Shown one piece after another: positions 20,654-29,111 of a stretch of DNA of 64,000 nucleotides. Source of the stretch: a virus; the IMG/VR virus record IMGVR_UViG_3300008262_000014, positions 63,872-127,871 of that record, one strand, 5' to 3'. Every line of letters begins with the position of its first letter. Within the stretch, counting starts at the first letter, position 1. The notes under the pieces were generated by a model, which saw only the letters and a program-made list of their open reading frames with translations, was not told the DNA's origin and did not search any database. The translations under genes and the position numbers were made by a program.

Positions 20654-22927
20654 TTAGATACTGGTTATTTCACAAGATCCACCACTACAGGCCATACTAG
20701 CATAATCACTAATATCTTTATATTGTGGTTTGTCTAATATTTGACCAAAATCAACTTCTTTAAATTGACGAGTAACTGTTTCCCATTTATGGAAAAGATG
20801 AACATCTTTCAAACAATAAACCATCTTCTTAAGATCACCTTTGAAGTAATTCTTAGCAAATTTTTTGGCTCTTGTTATCCAATAATTTTTTAAAAGAACT
20901 TGTTCTCTTGTTCCAGTCACAGGAAGTGGTGAATCTGTTTGTGTACTAATTAAAGTATCACAAGCCATCCATAAATTATTTTCAAAATAGTGAAGACCGT
21001 CGATAACCAAACCAGATGCTAAAATAGATCCTTTACCATATTCTTCGACTATTTCATTTAGGTTTAATACAGATGTAAATGGTGCTTGATTAAAATCTTT
21101 GTCACCATAATCTGACATGAAACTTACTGCAGTGAAATAATCTCTTTCATTCCAAATATATTCAACAATAGCATCTTTATCGTCAATGATAACAGTACAA
21201 CTTGTATTATGATTAACGGGGCTATATGTACATAATTCAGGATTGGTCCCTTCATTAACCCAATTTTGTTGTACCAATTTGATTAATTCAAGATGTTTAA
21301 TACCTTTCATATCTTTCTTGAATAAACCTTGTTTTGGATTTTCTACAGGTACAAATACAACATAATCACTCTTAGTTGATGACCATACACTTTCTTCAAG
21401 TAAGAAAGACATATTATCTTGTAACCATTTAGCAGTATTACTTTCTTTGTTCAATTGCATAATTCTGAAATATTTCTCAGAATGTTCTGGATGAATACCG
21501 CTAGCCGTTCCTAATACAACTGAAGCGTTGCCCGATGGTTTAACACAAGTAGTTCTTGCCGCTTGATTAATTTCAATAATCTGAGCAACTTCTTTATTTG
21601 TTCTCTTAACCACCTCAGCACCTTCTTTAAGTAATTCAGCATTAAATAATTTAGGGTTGTTCATCCAACCTGTTATACTAACACCTAATAATGCCTCTCT
21701 TTCAAATATTTTTCTACTAGTTTCACCTAAATAAGGGAAATTAGTATAACCCGCTTGTAAAGTACCTAATGTTGAAGCATCTTTACATGCTTTAAAGAAT
21801 TTTTCTTTTGTTGTACATTTTTCAGCATTAATTTCTGTTAAATTACAACCTTGAATTCCAAATTTATCATTATTAGTTTTAGTGAATTCCTCAATATCAT
21901 CATAATGAATTTTTGAAAAATCAACATTCATTAATACAGGTATCTTTAAAATCTCAAAACATGGGTTGAACATATCAAACCAACTATTAGCAAAAACGAA
22001 TCCAATATCATTTGCACCATCGTTTAATTTAACCAAGTATTCAAATTGTTCTCTTTTAACTTCACTTCTCAATAATAACACTGAATTATTACTTCTACCT
22101 CTTTGTGGGTTTTCAACTCTCCAATTACCTGTTTTTGCGTGAATCATTTCATCGTCGTTTGGATCTACGATCATATTCAAAGCTGAACGACGAACACCTC
22201 CAGATAACACAGCGTCTGCCGAATGACAAATAATATCAAAAGCTAATATAGGTCTAATTTCATTACCTTCTTTTTCAATCCATCTTTCAATTAATTGTTC
22301 TATTTTTTCCAAAGACTGTTTTAAACCTTCGGGACCAGGTGCTTTAAATCCACCACTAATAAAAGAACCTTTCTCTCTAATTTGAGAATAATCAAATTTA
22401 ACTTCATAACCTGCGAACTCAGGAAAAGGTTGTCTGTCCACAAAGTAAGAAGACATTAACACCCCTAAAGCATCTGACCATCCTTCGATACTATCGTTGA
22501 TAACGAATGTTTTAGTACCGTTTAATCTTTTCTGAATTCTACTCAAATTCTTAACAAATGGTTTTAATAATCCACCACCAAATCCACATCCGGATAAAGC
22601 TAAGTAAAAAATTTCTTGGAAGACTCTGTTTCTGGCAATGTGACCTGACGTACAATTAAACATTCTTGTGTTATGTTTCATTATTTGTTCGTGACGATAC
22701 TGTAAGTTTCTTTGTGAAGCTAAAACCAATTGGTCTTTCATACTTTCAAGTGCCGAATTGAAATATGGTAATAACTCATCTGTATATTTTTTATACTTTT
22801 TTCTGTGTCCATCCATGATGTTATCACATGCGTCTTCCCATGTTTCGTACCTTCCTTTTTCTTCTAACCATTTAAAATAATCTGAATGTAACTTTAAGTC
22901 ACTCAGAAATTTTTTACCTTTCTGCAT
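20654..22927 (-). CDS. nrdJ: Ribonucleotide reductase, class II (adenosylcobalamin-dependent, monomeric-type)
   Basis: MFNC, GGVRRSA, NPCFEI, CNLTEIN, TCVKPSGNAS and C-terminal CSGGSC; no adjacent beta subunit gene. Confidence 0.8.
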   Translation of the reverse strand: MQKGKKFLSDLKLHSDYFKWLEEKGRYETWEDACDNIMDGHRKKYKKYTDELLPYFNSALESMKDQLVLASQRNLQYRHEQIMKHNTRMFNCTSGHIARNRVFQEIFYLALSGCGFGGGLLKPFVKNLSRIQKRLNGTKTFVINDSIEGWSDALGVLMSSYFVDRQPFPEFAGYEVKFDYSQIREKGSFISGGFKAPGPEGLKQSLEKIEQLIERWIEKEGNEIRPILAFDIICHSADAVLSGGVRRSALNMIVDPNDDEMIHAKTGNWRVENPQRGRSNNSVLLLRSEVKREQFEYLVKLNDGANDIGFVFANSWFDMFNPCFEILKIPVLMNVDFSKIHYDDIEEFTKTNNDKFGIQGCNLTEINAEKCTTKEKFFKACKDASTLGTLQAGYTNFPYLGETSRKIFEREALLGVSITGWMNNPKLFNAELLKEGAEVVKRTNKEVAQIIEINQAARTTCVKPSGNASVVLGTASGIHPEHSEKYFRIMQLNKESNTAKWLQDNMSFLLEESVWSSTKSDYVVFVPVENPKQGLFKKDMKGIKHLELIKLVQQNWVNEGTNPELCTYSPVNHNTSCTVIIDDKDAIVEYIWNERDYFTAVSFMSDYGDKDFNQAPFTSVLNLNEIVEEYGKGSILASGLVIDGLHYFENNLWMACDTLISTQTDSPLPVTGTREQVLLKNYWITRAKKFAKNYFKGDLKKMVYCLKDVHLFHKWETVTRQFKEVDFGQILDKPQYKDISDYASMACSGGSCEITSI

Positions 22928-22953
22928 TTTTTTCTAATTTATGTTTATGTTTA

Positions 22954-24327
22954 TTATTTTTTTGACATCTCTTGTCTTCTTTGAAAAGCTTCTTTTGCTC
23001 TATTTCTTTCCTTCTCAATTTTTTGTTCTTCATGACCAAGTAATGTATTTTGAGATTCGGTATCGATAATCAAATATTCATTATCAAATCTACAATTTTG
23101 GAAAATAACACCATCAGCCCCAATACGTGATTTTAATAAAGTTAATGTTGCCAATTTATGTTCTTTCTGTTCTATTGTTTTTCCGATCGATATAATTACA
23201 TGACCTATTTGGGCTTTTTTAATTGATCCACCCATTTGATCTGTTGTTACAACTTCAGAAGAAATAGAATTACGATTACCTTGTGTTGCGGTCCAAATGG
23301 CTATATCAAATTCAGTTGTCATCGCCTCTAAACTTCTCATTATTGAACCCTCACCTTTCCATTCTTCACCATCAGTAGATCTTTCAGGTGATAAACAATC
23401 AACATAGTCTATTATCAATAAATCTATGTTAAATCCTTCATTTTTGAATTTTCTAATTTTTGATTTTATTTCTGATATACTAACAGAATCACTTGGTAAT
23501 TTTAAGATTTTAATTTCACCATTGGTATTTTTATTTACATCATTTACTTTTTCAATTACTTCAGATTCACGATCAGGTTGATCATCTGGTGCAATACCTG
23601 TCCATATAGTATAATGTTTTCTTTTTACACTATTAACATTATCTTCGAAAATTATTTGTAAAACATTAAAACCATATATAAATGAAGTGTTCGCAATTTT
23701 TGTTAAGATTGTTGTTTTACCTGTACCTGTAGGAGCCAATACAACCCCTAATTCACCTCTACCTAATCCACCTTTTAATAAATTATCAATTCCATTTATA
23801 CCTGTCGGTAATGGATGTCTATAGTCTTTTTTAAGAGCATCTTCTATATTATCAAAAACATCCACAGCATCTTCGTTACTAATACCAACTTGTAAAGCTT
23901 TTTGGATAATTTGTTCAATTTTATTATATGATTCAAATTCTCCATTTTCAATTATTGTCGATACTTTCTTTAATTCTCTTTTTAAATTTTGTTGTTTACA
24001 GAATCTTAAAGCGGTATCTTGAACATATGAAGTATCTTGATCACTTTCTTTTATATTGTTTAAAGTATCTAAATGTATTTTACCTGTTTCATTAGTAGTA
24101 TTTTCGGCCATTATTTTTTGACCTAATGTATTATAATCGGGAATTTTATTGTATGTAACATATAATTCTTTTAAATTTTCCATGATATATTTAAAAGAAT
24201 TATTATCAAAATACTTACTATCGATTACATCTATAATTGTTTCTCCATATTTTTTATCCTCTATAATTGATTTAATCAGTGATTGTTGAAATGATGATCC
24301 TAAGTGCCCAAAGTTTTTTTCTTTCAT
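22954..24327 (-). CDS. Replicative DNA helicase (DnaB / T4 gp41-like)
   Basis: Walker A APTGTGKT, LLIIDYVD, WTATQGNR, LLKSRIG. Confidence 0.92.
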   Translation of the reverse strand: MKEKNFGHLGSSFQQSLIKSIIEDKKYGETIIDVIDSKYFDNNSFKYIMENLKELYVTYNKIPDYNTLGQKIMAENTTNETGKIHLDTLNNIKESDQDTSYVQDTALRFCKQQNLKRELKKVSTIIENGEFESYNKIEQIIQKALQVGISNEDAVDVFDNIEDALKKDYRHPLPTGINGIDNLLKGGLGRGELGVVLAPTGTGKTTILTKIANTSFIYGFNVLQIIFEDNVNSVKRKHYTIWTGIAPDDQPDRESEVIEKVNDVNKNTNGEIKILKLPSDSVSISEIKSKIRKFKNEGFNIDLLIIDYVDCLSPERSTDGEEWKGEGSIMRSLEAMTTEFDIAIWTATQGNRNSISSEVVTTDQMGGSIKKAQIGHVIISIGKTIEQKEHKLATLTLLKSRIGADGVIFQNCRFDNEYLIIDTESQNTLLGHEEQKIEKERNRAKEAFQRRQEMSKK

Positions 24328-24338
24328 AATAATTTTTA

Positions 24339-24785
24339 TTAAAGTTCGTATTGTAAATAAGTTGTTTCTGGTTGTGACATTGACAAAATTTCAGTCAAAT
24401 CTGACAAAATTTCTTTAAGTCTTGGTCTAATATCAACCGTGTACCTAACCTTTGGGTGATAATAGTGAGCCGGAAACGTTCTTTGAATAAATACATCGTC
24501 ACCCAACTTAATTTGTAGTAAAAAATATTCTTCAACCTTCTCATTTACATCTTCCACATTATCGGAATTCAAAAAATAATTTTGATTTTCACACAGATAA
24601 TCGGAACTTTTTATTTTTAAATCTTCAGAAATTTTATCCGAAATTTCTTTTACATAGTAATGTAAATCCATTGATTGTCTTGTTTTAGGATTGTGATCCT
24701 TTACATTAAAAAACCTTTGGCAGATAATGTTTTTTTCGAGTGTTAATAAAAACTCAAATTTTGTGATTTCTTGATTGTTAATCAT
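24339..24785 (-). CDS. Hypothetical protein
   Basis: 148-aa ORF overlapping the exonuclease stop; no recognised motif. Confidence 0.65.
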   Translation of the reverse strand: MINNQEITKFEFLLTLEKNIICQRFFNVKDHNPKTRQSMDLHYYVKEISDKISEDLKIKSSDYLCENQNYFLNSDNVEDVNEKVEEYFLLQIKLGDDVFIQRTFPAHYYHPKVRYTVDIRPRLKEILSDLTEILSMSQPETTYLQYEL

Positions 24786-25797
24786 TGTTTTTAATTTTAA
24801 TTATTCTTTTATTTTTTTCTTTTCTGGTTAATCTTAGGAATGGATTAAAGAATACGGTCCAAGCGTCGTCTCTTTTTGGTAAAACCTGAAATAGACCATC
24901 TTCCATCATCATTTTTATTGTGTTTTTATATGATCTACCTTCAGGATCTAATGTCCCATTAATTAATGATTGTATGTCTTCGATTGATTCTTCGGTTAAG
25001 AATGGTTGATCTAAACTAACTACCTTGGTAGTTAATTCATAAAATTCTTCTTCTAAGATACCTTTTTTAGTTACCCCACCCAATAGATTTAATATTACCT
25101 TGTTGGTCTTATCATTTTCAAATAGAGTGTTGGTTTTTTCTCTAATTTCTTCTATTGTCAATGGAGTGTGTTTGATCTCAGGAAATATAGATAATAATCT
25201 TTTAATTCCGAAATTTCTGATACCGAAAATATTATCAGACGAGTCACCACATAAAATTTTGGCAATCTTTACATTTTTAATGTGAATTTCTTCCTTTAGA
25301 TAAAAAATTGTATCATTTTCTCTGTATAACTTACCGTGACTTGGATTAAAAATTATTGTATTATCGGAAACTAATTGTGTTAAATCACCATCTGATGAAT
25401 AAATAATTTTATTTTCTTTTGGGGAGTTTTGAACATAGTATGCAATACAATCATCTGTTTCACAATAATCATATTCACCTTGTCTAACATATACCTCTTC
25501 AAGATACTGTTTTATTCTATTCCTTTGATAGTTGTACGAACCTATTTCCTCTTCGGATTTTAGTCTAGATCTTCTATTGTCTTTGTATCCTTCATAAATT
25601 CGTTTACGTTGAATAGAACCTTCGTGTCCATCCCAAAAAACGACAATCTTGTCTAAATTATAGACCTCAAAAGATTTTCTAAGAGTATTAAGAAAATGGT
25701 AAATACCTCCGATATGTTGACCCTTATAGAAGTAATTTTTAACACCGTAAAAACCAATCGTAAGTAAATTGTCCCCATCAACAATGAGTGTTGACAT
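24778..25797 (-). CDS. 5'-3' exonuclease / flap endonuclease (PolA N-terminal, T4 RNase H-like)
   Basis: LIVDGDN, YKDNR, ETDD, SSDGDLTQL, GDSSDNIFGI. Confidence 0.92.
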   Translation of the reverse strand: MSTLIVDGDNLLTIGFYGVKNYFYKGQHIGGIYHFLNTLRKSFEVYNLDKIVVFWDGHEGSIQRKRIYEGYKDNRRSRLKSEEEIGSYNYQRNRIKQYLEEVYVRQGEYDYCETDDCIAYYVQNSPKENKIIYSSDGDLTQLVSDNTIIFNPSHGKLYRENDTIFYLKEEIHIKNVKIAKILCGDSSDNIFGIRNFGIKRLLSIFPEIKHTPLTIEEIREKTNTLFENDKTNKVILNLLGGVTKKGILEEEFYELTTKVVSLDQPFLTEESIEDIQSLINGTLDPEGRSYKNTIKMMMEDGLFQVLPKRDDAWTVFFNPFLRLTRKEKNKRIIKIKNND

Positions 25798-25828
25798 TAA
25801 AATTTGTATTATTGGTTAAAAAATATTG

Positions 25829-26836
25829 TTACCCCTCAATTTCTTCTTCATCACTATATGAAGTTGACTCTACTAAATCAAAATCACCACCTAATTTTTG
25901 TGACCAAAATTCAGAATATTTTTTCTTATATTCTTCTTCAGCTTCTTTAGTATCAGGAATATATCCGTTATGTACTGCAATAATCTTACCATCCTTATAC
26001 GTAAGACCGTTTACGTGATTTTTAATAATAGAAATTTTAGTTCTAATGGCATATGCGATTTTTCTTCCATCTTTTCTTGCTTCAATAGGATTGATACCTG
26101 CTTTCTTTTGATTACCAAATAAGAAAATTAATGAAGACGCCAACCATAATGCTTCACCACCTTTTGCCTTAATTTCTGGTTGTCCAAATGGGTTATCCGG
26201 TAAGTCGACCCATGGTTGATTAACAACAACCATCGTATTAATTAATGGGTTGTTTGCGGTTGGGTAATCTTCTTTTTTAGATTTAGAAATTCTTGAATGA
26301 ATACCCATACCAATTTTATCAGATAATGCGGCTGCGTTATGCATTTTACCACCCTTCCCTTCAAAAGTCATTTTACATGGAATAGAACCAACAGAATCCC
26401 ATAAAAATAATATTGATCTATCAATTTCACCTTTTTCTTGTGCGTCTAATATTTCATTAATAAAATCAGTTGCTTGTTCAATATATTCAAAACTATCATT
26501 AAAAATGAAATCACCATCCCACTCACCATTACTATCTTTTTCGGCCTGTAACCCCAATTCAACAGCGTGATCCCAACTCCATTTTTTTTCTGTTATAATA
26601 AAAACAGGTAAATGACCTTTTTTCTGAGCATCAGCCGCAGCCAACACTAACGCAGTTGTTTTAGATGAATTTGAATGTCCTAAAAACATATTAATTCCTC
26701 CCATTACAGGACCAGGCAATCCACATGCATTTAGAAACGCGTCACCACAATAGTAAAAATTTGTTTCTTTATATTTTGTTTTTGATGAAAATTTTTCTTT
26801 ATAATTGAATTCTTTTTTCTTAATTGACTTGGCCAT
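25829..26836 (-). CDS. uvsX: RecA/UvsX-like recombinase
   Basis: GHSNSSKT (variant Walker A), FLWDSVGS, VVNQ, KGGEAL, KNHV. Confidence 0.85.
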   Translation of the reverse strand: MAKSIKKKEFNYKEKFSSKTKYKETNFYYCGDAFLNACGLPGPVMGGINMFLGHSNSSKTTALVLAAADAQKKGHLPVFIITEKKWSWDHAVELGLQAEKDSNGEWDGDFIFNDSFEYIEQATDFINEILDAQEKGEIDRSILFLWDSVGSIPCKMTFEGKGGKMHNAAALSDKIGMGIHSRISKSKKEDYPTANNPLINTMVVVNQPWVDLPDNPFGQPEIKAKGGEALWLASSLIFLFGNQKKAGINPIEARKDGRKIAYAIRTKISIIKNHVNGLTYKDGKIIAVHNGYIPDTKEAEEEYKKKYSEFWSQKLGGDFDLVESTSYSDEEEIEG

Positions 26837-26866
26837 TATATGTATATTAAAATATTATTATTAAAA

Positions 26867-26907
26867 AAGAACATAGACACTATGTCTATGTTTGTGTCTA
26901 TGTTCTT
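26867..26907 (-). terminator. Inverted repeat downstream of the SSB gene (terminator or RNA processing hairpin)
   Basis: AAGAACATAGACAC ... GTGTCTATGTTCTT, followed by a T-run on the minus strand. Confidence 0.6.
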
Positions 26908-26913
26908 ATTGGT

Positions 26914-27744
26914 TTAGAACGGTAAATCACTATCTACCTCATCATCTTGTGTATCTTGGGTTGTATGTGTGTTACCAATATTTGTTTCTTGTGTTGAATT
27001 GGAAACCCACTTTTTTGAATCTGAATCCCATTTTGGGACTTCTCCATTTGCAACCATTTCAAGATATTCAAATGGTTTTTTAGAATAAACATCTGTCCAT
27101 ACCAAATCATCCTCTAACCATTCTTTTGATAATTCAGCATCTGTACTAAGTGGTCCCGAATCTTCAGGAATAATTGAACTTATTGATGTATATTCTTTAC
27201 CATTACCTGATTTTGTTAAAGATAAAGTAAGGATTAAATCACGACCCTTTTCAGAATCTGTAATATCACCTTTATTTCTCCAAATAGGGACGATTTTATC
27301 TAAAACCCCTTCTCCTTTTGTGTTATGTTTAAATCTCCAAAACTTAACTCCATCTTGTTCGTTTTCTCTATCGATTACTTTTACAATATAAAACTTTTTT
27401 GATCTATATTGTCTAGCCAATTCTTTATCTGAAGGATCTCCGGACATAACTAACCCTTCGGCGACTTCATTCAAAGGTGATCTACCACCTTCTTGTGCTG
27501 GATCGTATAATTTAACCCATTTTCCGTCAACTTGAATTTCGTGAAATTTAACCTCAATAAATGGTGAAGACCCATCCTTTGTTGGAAGAATTCGAATTCT
27601 TTTTTCTTGTGTTTTAACTCCTTTTGGTAAAATAGTAGTAAAATACTTTTTCATTCTCTCTTCTTGTGAGACTTTGTTTACGTTGCCACCTGTGGCTTGT
27701 TTGTTTTTTTCGTACTGTGCGAGTACTGAATCTAATGCTGACAT
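26914..27744 (-). CDS. Single-stranded DNA-binding protein (T4 gp32-like)
   Basis: IRILP, DITDSEKGRDL, acidic tail ending DSDLPF. Confidence 0.85.
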   Translation of the reverse strand: MSALDSVLAQYEKNKQATGGNVNKVSQEERMKKYFTTILPKGVKTQEKRIRILPTKDGSSPFIEVKFHEIQVDGKWVKLYDPAQEGGRSPLNEVAEGLVMSGDPSDKELARQYRSKKFYIVKVIDRENEQDGVKFWRFKHNTKGEGVLDKIVPIWRNKGDITDSEKGRDLILTLSLTKSGNGKEYTSISSIIPEDSGPLSTDAELSKEWLEDDLVWTDVYSKKPFEYLEMVANGEVPKWDSDSKKWVSNSTQETNIGNTHTTQDTQDDEVDSDLPF

Positions 27745-27796
27745 GTTTAAAAATTTAAATGTTTATAAAATGATTATGATAAAATATAAATAAAAA

Positions 27797-27820
27797 AAAC
27801 CAGATTAAAAAATCTGGTTT
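27797..27820 (-). terminator. Intrinsic terminator
   Basis: AAACCAGATT-aaaa-AATCTGGTTT with a U-tract on the minus strand. Confidence 0.7.
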
Positions 27821-27847
27821 AATTTTTTTTAAAAAATATCTTTTTAT

Positions 27848-28219
27848 TTATTCCTGTGTTAGTAAATATGACAATTTGTACATTTCCCCTAAAATTTCAT
27901 CTCTAATATTTAACAAATTAGTATCTGTTTGGTCAAGTTCTTTTGTAAAATTAACCAATCCATTTGTTACCGCACTTATAAAGTTATTCACATCTAACTC
28001 ATTCAAATTTAATAACTCTATTTTTTTAGTTTCTTCGTCTAAAATAAATCTACCATATTTACCCATTGCCTGCTCGACATACTCATCTATTAAATCATTT
28101 ATTTTATTATATGTGTCACCAAAAGCAGAATGTCTTGCATGGCCCTTAGTTTGCCAATGATTTATTTTTAATTGTAGTTGTAAACCTAAAAAAAAGTTTA
28201 CATTAGAAGCTATATTCAT
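27848..28219 (-). CDS. Ferritin/Dps-like four-helix protein (DUF5856-like)
   Basis: KINHWQT...RHSAFGDTY...DEYVE...NIRDEI...YLL. Confidence 0.75.
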   Translation of the reverse strand: MNIASNVNFFLGLQLQLKINHWQTKGHARHSAFGDTYNKINDLIDEYVEQAMGKYGRFILDEETKKIELLNLNELDVNNFISAVTNGLVNFTKELDQTDTNLLNIRDEILGEMYKLSYLLTQE

Positions 28220-28865
28220 CTTCTTCTTGATCTGGGTTAAAAGATTGTCTTATGGTGTCGTTTGAATAATTCTCAATTTCATCTTTTGTTAAAATGTATT
28301 CATTTTTTCCTGATTTTCTCATTTCGTCCTGTTTTTTAACAAAAAATTGTTGGGGGTTTTGATTAAATGGATATGAATCTAAGGAACGCATTTCTAATTT
28401 TTCTTCTGGTCTTTTTTCTCTAATAGAATCAATTTTACCATCTAAAGAATTAATTCTATCCATTACTCTGTCCATTTGAGATAGCTTTTGTTCAAGATCA
28501 TTTAATTTCGTGAATACATCTTCCATTTTTGTTAAAACGGCGGTGTGGTCTTGTTTATTATCTTCAATATCTTTTTTAACACTTTTAGTCATATTAACTA
28601 AATCTGTAATATCGATTTCTTCTGAATCGGCAGTAGTGTCACCACCAGATGGAGGTGGAGTAGCAGCACCACCCGGAGGAGGTGGAGGAGCACCTAAATC
28701 ACCACCAGGAGGGGGAGGGGCAGCGGCATCACCCGGGGGAGGTGGAGGAGCACCTAAATCACCACCAGGAGGGGGAGGTGCGTCTTGTTCCATTATTAGT
28801 TTATCTGCGTATTTATTAATACTTCTAAAACGCTCTAATTCTTCTTGTAATTTTTTCTGTGACAT
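28203..28865 (-). CDS. Hypothetical protein with polyproline linker and coiled coil
   Basis: 220 aa; APPPPGGDLGAPPPPPG repeats followed by a heptad region. Confidence 0.7.
   Translation of the reverse strand: MSQKKLQEELERFRSINKYADKLIMEQDAPPPPGGDLGAPPPPPGDAAAPPPPGGDLGAPPPPPGGAATPPPSGGDTTADSEEIDITDLVNMTKSVKKDIEDNKQDHTAVLTKMEDVFTKLNDLEQKLSQMDRVMDRINSLDGKIDSIREKRPEEKLEMRSLDSYPFNQNPQQFFVKKQDEMRKSGKNEYILTKDEIENYSNDTIRQSFNPDQEEDEYSF
28670..28780. repeat. 60-bp-period GC-rich direct repeat encoding Pro/Gly tracts
   Basis: GGTGGAGGAGCACCTAAATCACCACCAGGAGGGGGAGG at 28681 and 28741. Confidence 0.85.
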
Positions 28866-28869
28866 ATGA

Positions 28870-29073
28870 TTAATCTTGTAATAATTGTCTACCGTCTTCG
28901 GTAATATATTTTTTGTTTATTCTTTCAACAATACCATCTTTTGATCTAATTACATAACATTCACCAGTCTGTAAATCACATTCTTCTTTTTCCATACCAT
29001 CTTGTGAAATGTTCTTTATAACCTTTTTATTTAAAAAGTTATCTACTGTTTTATTTAATCTATTATTATCCAT
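28870..29073 (-). CDS. Small hypothetical protein (likely start MDNNRL at 29073)
   Basis: EECDLQTGECYVI...YITEDGRQLL; two TATTTAT motifs directly upstream of ATG 29073 favour this start over 29115. Confidence 0.65.
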   Translation of the reverse strand: MDNNRLNKTVDNFLNKKVIKNISQDGMEKEECDLQTGECYVIRSKDGIVERINKKYITEDGRQLLQD

Positions 29074-29111
29074 ACTTTTTTTATATAAATATCTTATAAA
29101 TACGAATATTC

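Noticed and set aside
28510-28869. Plus-strand Gly-rich ORF
   Set aside because: Antisense shadow of the polyproline gene
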